Source: Candidatus Dormiibacterota bacterium (GTDB lineage Bacteria; Chloroflexota; Dormibacteria; Dormibacterales; Dormibacteraceae). From it: a stretch of DNA of 64,000 nucleotides. Made by a program: the position numbers and the translations under genes. The notes under the pieces are model-generated. The model was not told the origin of the DNA. It was given only the letters and a program-made list of their open reading frames with translations, and did no database searches. Location: contig DAIOCN010000016.1 in NCBI GenBank assembly GCA_036747295.1, positions 210-64,209 on the forward strand, given 5' to 3'. Of the stretch, positions 58,975 through 64,000 are shown piece by piece (positions within the stretch are counted from its first letter, which is position 1; each line of letters begins with the position of its first letter).

Positions 58975-59068
58975 AACCAAGGCTGGCAAGACCCGGCCTG
59001 GTTCGCCGTGGACGGGCGTTTGATCGGGCGGGCGCCGCGTCCGCTATTCGAAGCCTGTGGACCAGCGG

Positions 59069-59995
59069 CTACCCGGGCCGGCTGCCGGCCGCGCCGATGA
59101 TCTCGGCGGCCAGCCGGCGCGCGGCCTCGGCGTCCGGCATGACCGTGTCCGTGACCACCACCCGGTAGCCGAGGGCCTCGACGGCAGGCCTGGCCTCCGC
59201 GTCGAGGTCGTCCAGGACGAACCAACCCGAGAACCCGCGGTACTCCTCGGCCACCCCGAGCGCCGTCGGCGGCTTGCCGAGCGCGCGCATCATGTCCACG
59301 GTCGGCCCTTTCAAGGAGCGGCCGCCCACGATCGGGCTGACGGCCAGGGTCCGGTCCCAGGGCAGGTCGGAGCGGACCAGGGCGGTGATCGGGGCGATCG
59401 AGATCAGCGGGTTGCTGGGCCCGATCACGACCAGGTCCGCGGTGCGGATCGCCGCCCGCGCCTCGGGCGCCGTCTGCGCCTGCTCCAGGCCCTTGAACTC
59501 GATCTGCTCCAGCCTCGGCCCGAGCTTCTCGCGAACGAAGTACTCCTGGAAGCCCAGCCAGCCCTTGTCGGTCAGGAAGCAGGTGCGAACCAGGTCGTCG
59601 GTCACGGGCAGCACCTGGGTCTGCAGGCCGAGCCGGCGGCCCAGGTCGAGCGCGGTCTCCGTCGGCCGGGCTCCCCTCCCCAGCATCTCGGTGCGCGCGA
59701 TGTGAAAGGCCAGGTCGCGGTCGCCCAGCCAGAACCAATCCGGCAGTCCCAGCCGGCTCATCTGGCCGTGGACCGCGAAGGTCTCGCCCGCCACCCCGAA
59801 GCCGGCCTCCTCGTTGAAGATGCCGGCCAGCCGGTAAAGGACGGCGTCGGTGTCGGGGCAGACGCGGAGGCCCCAGACGTCGACGTCGTCGGCGGTGTTG
59901 GTGATCACTGTCAGGTCGCCGGGCGCCAGCTCGGCCTGCAGGCCGACCGCCAGCTTGGCCGCCCCGGTGCCGCCCGCCAGAAGGACCACCCTCAT
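59069..59995 (-). CDS. cofD: 2-phospho-L-lactate transferase (F420 biosynthesis)
   Basis: From ATG 59995: MRVVLLAGGTGAAKLAVGL...VITNTADDVDVWGLRVCPDTD...IGPSNPLISIAPI. Confidence 0.9.
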   Translation of the reverse strand: MRVVLLAGGTGAAKLAVGLQAELAPGDLTVITNTADDVDVWGLRVCPDTDAVLYRLAGIFNEEAGFGVAGETFAVHGQMSRLGLPDWFWLGDRDLAFHIARTEMLGRGARPTETALDLGRRLGLQTQVLPVTDDLVRTCFLTDKGWLGFQEYFVREKLGPRLEQIEFKGLEQAQTAPEARAAIRTADLVVIGPSNPLISIAPITALVRSDLPWDRTLAVSPIVGGRSLKGPTVDMMRALGKPPTALGVAEEYRGFSGWFVLDDLDAEARPAVEALGYRVVVTDTVMPDAEAARRLAAEIIGAAGSRPG

Positions 59996-60717
59996 CTGAA
60001 CAGGTCCAGGTCGGCAGGGCGGATCAGGTCGCGGCCACGGCCGGGCGGGCCCTCGACCGTGTACCCGCGCACCACGGCGACGGGGATCCGGGCCGTCTTG
60101 CCCATGACCAGCTCGGCGCTGGCGGCGAGCTCGTCGGCCACCGCGATCACGGTTGCGTACATGGCCTGGCCGAAGTCGTCCTTCTGGCCTCTGTAGTCGA
60201 CCAGCGACGGCAGCCCGGCCACGCCCAACGCCACGTTTTCGATGCCCATCCGCCAGGCCCGCCCGAAGGTGTCGGCCACGATCACCGCCACCTCGGCTCC
60301 CGAGCGCTCGCGCAGCTGGGAGCGGAGGCGCTCCGCGCTCAGGTCGGAGTCCTCGGGGAGCAGGGTCACCGAGTCCTCGCCGGGCACGTTCGAGTGGTCG
60401 ATCCCGGCGTTGGCGCACACGTAGCCGTGCTTGGTCTCGACGATCAGGATGCGTTCCTGGCGAACGATGCGGACGCTCTCGTCCAGGATCAGCTGCACGA
60501 TCCGGGGGTCACCCTCGATCTGCGCGGCGAGCGACCTGGCCTGCTCCGAGACGGTGACCAGGCGGAGATCCCGAACCTGGCCCTCGGCCTTGGAGACGAC
60601 CTTTTGGGCCAGCACCACGATGTCCCCCGAGCGCAGCTGGAAGCGCTCGCTGATGAAGCCCGCCAGGTCGTCGCCCGGCTGCACCTCGGGCAGCCCTTCG
60701 ACGGGCAGCACCTGCAT
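59992..60717 (-). CDS. cofE: Coenzyme F420-0:L-glutamate ligase
   Basis: From ATG 60717: MQVLPVEGLPEVQPGDDLA...VVSKAEGQ...ANAGIDHSNV...VIVADTFGRAWR. The stop overlaps the cofD start (ATGA). Confidence 0.9.
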   Translation of the reverse strand: MQVLPVEGLPEVQPGDDLAGFISERFQLRSGDIVVLAQKVVSKAEGQVRDLRLVTVSEQARSLAAQIEGDPRIVQLILDESVRIVRQERILIVETKHGYVCANAGIDHSNVPGEDSVTLLPEDSDLSAERLRSQLRERSGAEVAVIVADTFGRAWRMGIENVALGVAGLPSLVDYRGQKDDFGQAMYATVIAVADELAASAELVMGKTARIPVAVVRGYTVEGPPGRGRDLIRPADLDLFR

Positions 60718-60719
60718 GG

Positions 60720-61313
60720 CTATCCGGCCGCCAGGCTGGACAGGTCGCCGGGCTCGTCCAGGTCCAGGGCGAGGGCGCTGGACTCGTAGAGGCCGAACCG
60801 GACGCCGCGGTCGGCTGCCTCGCGCTCGAACCTGGCCAGCGAGTCGTCGCCGAAGTGGAGCGAGACCACCTCGGGCGGCCGCAGATAGAGCGCGTTGGTG
60901 CCGCCCCGGCCGGTTGCGGGCGCCGCCAGGACCCCCCGCGGGCCGAGCCGACGGGCCCGGGCCAGCATCCCCTTCACCGCCCGCCGGCTGACCAACGGCA
61001 GGTCGCTGGAGAGCAGCAGCACCGCCTCGGCCTGGCAAGAGAGCGCGTGCTCGATGCCGCGCCGGGCGGCCGGGTTCTGGCCGGCCGGCTCCGACTCCAG
61101 CAGGACCTCGGCGCCGGCCAGCCGGGCCAGCTCGGCGGCCGCCTGGCTGCCGGCAACGGCCAGCACATGGTCGGCGGCCTGGGCGGCGGCCAGCGCCAGC
61201 TGGGCGTTCTGCCTCGCCAGGGCTTGCCGGGCCTCAGGCTCGAGAGCGCTCGCGAGCCGCTGCTTGGCCGTCTCGAAGTCCTTGATGAGGACGACGGCCC
61301 AGGTGCCGCCTAC
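60720..61313 (-). CDS. cofC: 2-phospho-L-lactate (phosphoenolpyruvate) guanylyltransferase; the conserved N-terminus lacks a canonical start codon
   Basis: The track ORF starts at GTG 61166. Family-typical sequence [48 protein letters not shown] continues upstream in frame to about 61313. There is no ATG, GTG or TTG before the in-frame stop at 61376..61374. Confidence 0.7.
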   Translation of the reverse strand, partial: VGGTWAVVLIKDFETAKQRLASALEPEARQALARQNAQLALAAAQAADHVLAVAGSQAAAELARLAGAEVLLESEPAGQNPAARRGIEHALSCQAEAVLLLSSDLPLVSRRAVKGMLARARRLGPRGVLAAPATGRGGTNALYLRPPEVVSLHFGDDSLARFEREAADRGVRFGLYESSALALDLDEPGDLSSLAAG

Positions 61314-62311
61314 ACGGCGCGACGGAGGCGTGGCAGCAGCTCCTTCGCGTAGAGGTCCAGGAACCGGGCCTGGTCATCACCGGGCGCGTGGAAAACCAGG
61401 TGCGTGAACCCGAGGTCGAGGTAGGGCCGGATCTGCTCGACGTGCTCGTCGGGGTCGCTGGAAACCAGCCAGCGCGCCTCCGGGTTCTGGACCTTCTTCG
61501 CCCGCTCCTCCATCTCGCGGGGATTGTGGACGTTGGCCTTGTCCTCGGCGGGCAGGGCGAGGGCAGCCCAGATCCGGGTGTCGGCCAGTGCGCGGTCCCG
61601 GTCGGTGTCGAACGAAACCTTGACCTCGATCGTCTTCTCGATCTGGCCAAAGTCCCGCCCGGCCGCCTCAGCGCCCTCCCTGACGGCGGGCAGGAGCTTG
61701 TCGCGGTACAGCTCGACGCCCTTCCCGGAGGTGCAGATGAAGCCGTCGCCCTGGCGCCCGGCAAACCTGGCGGCGACCTCGCCGGAAGCGCCCACATAGA
61801 TCGGCACGGGCTGCTCCGGACGGTCGTACACGGTGGCGCCGTGCACGTGGTAGTACTCCCCGTCGAACTCGACGAAGTCCTCGTTCCAGAGCTTCCGGAT
61901 GAGCTTGGTGGCCTCACTCAACCGCCGAAACCGCTCGCGGAACTCCGGCCACTCGATGCCGATCACGGGCACCTCGTTCATGGACTCGCCGGTCCCGACG
62001 CCGAGGATGACGCGGCCCGGATACATGACGCCCAGGGTGGCGAAGGCCTGGGCCACAATCGCCGGATGGTAGCGAAAGGTCGGCGTGAGCACGCTCGTGC
62101 CCATCTCGACCCGCTTCGTGCGCTCGCCCAGCGCGCCCAGCCAGCTGAGGGAGAAGGGGGCGTGGCCGTCCGTGTGCCGCCAGGGCTGGTAGTGGTCGCT
62201 GACCCAGACGCTGTCGAAGCCGCGCTCCTCAGCCAGCACCGCGAACTCGAGAAGCTGGCGGGGGCCGAACTGCTCCGCGGAAGCCTTCCAGCCCAGCTTG
62301 AGTTCGCTCAT
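61310..62311 (-). CDS. fgd: F420-dependent glucose-6-phosphate dehydrogenase (LLM class)
   Basis: [62 protein letters not shown] is near-collinear with mycobacterial Fgd1 as I remember it. Confidence 0.9.
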   Translation of the reverse strand: MSELKLGWKASAEQFGPRQLLEFAVLAEERGFDSVWVSDHYQPWRHTDGHAPFSLSWLGALGERTKRVEMGTSVLTPTFRYHPAIVAQAFATLGVMYPGRVILGVGTGESMNEVPVIGIEWPEFRERFRRLSEATKLIRKLWNEDFVEFDGEYYHVHGATVYDRPEQPVPIYVGASGEVAARFAGRQGDGFICTSGKGVELYRDKLLPAVREGAEAAGRDFGQIEKTIEVKVSFDTDRDRALADTRIWAALALPAEDKANVHNPREMEERAKKVQNPEARWLVSSDPDEHVEQIRPYLDLGFTHLVFHAPGDDQARFLDLYAKELLPRLRRAV

Positions 62312-62499
62312 CGCCTACGGGGAAAGTACCGCCTCCAGCTGAACGCGATTCCAGCGATTGCGGCGGCGGCCACAACCACCAGGAGCGCGGCCAGGCTGCC
62401 GAAATTGAACGTCCGGATGCCATCGGCCGTCATCCCCACGATCACCAGGACCGAGACCAGTATCAGGACCGCCAGCGTGATCGCCCGGTGCAGCTTCAC
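62308..62499 (-). CDS. Hypothetical 63-aa two-TM membrane protein
   Basis: From GTG 62499: [63 protein letters not shown]. The start overlaps the upstream stop (GTGA) and the stop overlaps the fgd start (ATGA). Confidence 0.5.
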   Translation of the reverse strand: MKLHRAITLAVLILVSVLVIVGMTADGIRTFNFGSLAALLVVVAAAAIAGIAFSWRRYFPRRR

Positions 62500-62819
62500 T
62501 TCGGGAGGCGGGCCACGGCGTCGCGCAATAGTGCTTCCAGGTCCTCCAGCGAGCGGTCGCGCGTGAAGGTGCCGGCCTCCTCCCGATGCAGTTTCTCCCC
62601 CTCCCACCACAGCGCGCTGACCGCGTACTCCTCGGGCCGGGCATCGTCCCAGGCCACGTCCACGGAAGCCTCACCGGCGGTCAGCCGCCAGACCGGGTCG
62701 TCCCGGAAGAACTCGTGAAGCTTCAGGCCCCCGGCCTCGGCCACGCGCCGGATCGCGGGCGCGACCAGCTCGAAGGCCTGGTCCACCTGGCCCAGCTTGT
62801 CCCAGGAGGTTCCCGCCAT
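62496..62819 (-). CDS. Hypothetical 107-aa protein
   Basis: ORF track plus good GC3. It is the first gene of the minus-strand string leading into fgd-cofC-cofE-cofD. No motif recognised. Confidence 0.5.
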   Translation of the reverse strand: MAGTSWDKLGQVDQAFELVAPAIRRVAEAGGLKLHEFFRDDPVWRLTAGEASVDVAWDDARPEEYAVSALWWEGEKLHREEAGTFTRDRSLEDLEALLRDAVARLPK

Positions 62820-62843
62820 TCGTCCGTAAGCTTATTCGTCTCA

Positions 62844-63497
62844 GTGACAGTGCCTCGCGTCGTCCGGGTGGGCAGCGTGGAGTCCACGCAGGACCTCGCC
62901 CGCGGCCTGCCGATCGGGTCCGTGGTCGTCGCCGAGCACCAGAGCGCCGGCCGGGGCCGGGCCGGCCGGACGTGGGAGGCGCCGCCCCGGACCGCTCTGC
63001 TCGCGTCCTTCGTGCTTCCCTTCTCGCCCCTGGCCAGCCTAGCTGCGGGGGTGGCGGTGGCCGAGGCGTGCGGGCCCCTGGCGCGCCTCAAGTGGCCCAA
63101 CGACGTGCTGCTCGGCGACGGCAAGCTGGCGGGCATCCTGGTCGAGGTCCGCGGCGAGGTGGCGGTCGTGGGCGTGGGCCTCAACCTGACCTGGGCGCCC
63201 GCGGGTGGCGCCCTGCTCGGCGCCGAGGTCGACGAGCTGCTGCCGCGGCTGCACGAGTCGCTAACCCGCTGGAACGCCGCGCCCCCCGCGCAGGTGCTCG
63301 AGCGCTGGCGGGCGCTCTCCGCAACGCTGGGGCGCCGGGTGCGCCTGGAGCTGCCTGGGGAGACGCTGGTCGGCCTGGCCGAGGACGTGCTGCCCGACGG
63401 TTCGCTGGTCGTCGGCGGCCGGGCGTTCGCGGCCGGCGACGTCATCCACCTACGAGACGCAGCAGCTCCGGCAGAACCTCCCCCGAGCGGCCCCTGA
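62844..63497 (+). CDS. birA: Biotin--[acetyl-CoA-carboxylase] ligase (group I, no HTH)
   Basis: HQSAGRGRAGRTWEAP and RLKWPNDVLLGDGKLAGILVE. GTG 62844 or 62850 is the start. The 3' tail overlaps the convergent sirtuin gene. Confidence 0.85.
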   Translation: MTVPRVVRVGSVESTQDLARGLPIGSVVVAEHQSAGRGRAGRTWEAPPRTALLASFVLPFSPLASLAAGVAVAEACGPLARLKWPNDVLLGDGKLAGILVEVRGEVAVVGVGLNLTWAPAGGALLGAEVDELLPRLHESLTRWNAAPPAQVLERWRALSATLGRRVRLELPGETLVGLAEDVLPDGSLVVGGRAFAAGDVIHLRDAAAPAEPPPSGP

Positions 63498-64000
63498 CAA
63501 CCGCGTCGGCCAGGTGGTCGAAGGGCGTGGGCTCGGCGTTCACGATGACCAGCGGGGCGCCGGCCTGGGCCGCCACCAGGGGCACGTCCGCGGCCGGGTA
63601 GACGACCAGCGAGCTGCCCGCGACTAGCATCAGGTCGCAGTTCCGCGCCAGCTCGAAGGCGTCGCTGACCGCCTGCTCCGGCATCGGCTCGCCGAACAGC
63701 ACGACGTGCGGCTTCAGGTGACTGCCGCCGCAGAGTGGGCAGCGAGGCGGCATCTCGACGTCGAGCCGGGCCTGCACGCCGGCCCGCGCCTCACGATTCC
63801 CGCAGTCGAGGCAGACGACGCTGCGGCCGTTGCCGTGCAGCTCGACCACGTTCCGGCTGCCGGCATCCAGGTGCAGTCCATCTGTGTTCTGCGTCACGAC
63901 GGCCGCCAGGTGCCCGGCCTCCTCCAGGCCGGCAAGAGCGTAGTGGCCCGGGTTGGGACGCGCCTCCCGAAAGGTGGTCCAGCGCTCCTTCGAGACGGTC
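63442..64000 (-). CDS. cobB: NAD-dependent protein deacylase (Sir2/CobB family); 5' end lies outside the window
   Basis: PNPGHYALAGLEEAGHLAAVVTQNTDGLHLDAGS, zinc ribbon CLDCGN...CPLCGG, and VLFGE. The frame is open to position 64000. Confidence 0.85.
   Translation of the reverse strand, partial: TVSKERWTTFREARPNPGHYALAGLEEAGHLAAVVTQNTDGLHLDAGSRNVVELHGNGRSVVCLDCGNREARAGVQARLDVEMPPRCPLCGGSHLKPHVVLFGEPMPEQAVSDAFELARNCDLMLVAGSSLVVYPAADVPLVAAQAGAPLVIVNAEPTPFDHLADAVVRGRSGEVLPELLRLVGG

Noticed and set aside
61296-61320. Programmed -1 ribosomal frameshift fusing Fgd to CofC
   Set aside because: The cofC frame is -1 relative to fgd, but there is no slippery heptamer (X XXY YYZ) before the fgd stop and no obvious downstream structure. 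An indel or an unusual start is more economical.

Overview
This is a very GC-rich chromosomal segment (about 70% by eye, not computed), gene-dense on both strands. The gene set fits Actinomycetota or a related high-GC terrabacterial lineage. Markers are F420 biosynthesis (cofC, cofE, cofD) plus F420-dependent glucose-6-phosphate dehydrogenase, two DUF2029/GT87-like membrane glycosyltransferases, WS/DGAT, a SARP regulator, a Hanks kinase and a fused MoaD-MoaE.

I support about 70 protein-coding genes. Most are housekeeping or metabolic: ClpP, PckA, acyl-CoA carboxyltransferase, endonuclease III, BirA, a sirtuin, an ATP-dependent DNA ligase with its associated exonuclease, a MacB-type ABC exporter, and peptidases of families S9, M3, M48 and M55. 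I saw no rRNA gene, intact tRNA gene or CRISPR array. Many long ORFs in the track are antisense or off-frame shadows, as expected at this GC content.

Items worth a second look:
- A secreted protein (15827-18094) of 14 tandem 43-aa repeats, each with a conserved Cys-x5-Cys pair. I cannot assign it to a named family. It abuts a transposase remnant and a tRNA T-arm-like fragment.
- A two-gene module (4220-5182) in which an unassigned helical domain occurs alone and fused to a receiver-less OmpR-type winged helix.
- A translationally coupled string: S9 peptidase, DUF2493/SLOG protein, MoaX-like MoaD-MoaE fusion.
- A small Cys-rich protein, DppA and zinc-ribbon operon inserted between the DNA ligase and its exonuclease.
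- Several self-contained small-gene units with clear promoters and terminators.
- An unusual density of frame disruptions: S9 peptidase, WS/DGAT (two), a WWDG-motif membrane protein, cofC lacking a start codon, and a LysR stub. Most sit in short homopolymer runs, so they are either assembly indels or gene decay.

Start codons are my best choice and may be off by a few codons. All family calls come from motif recognition, not database searches.
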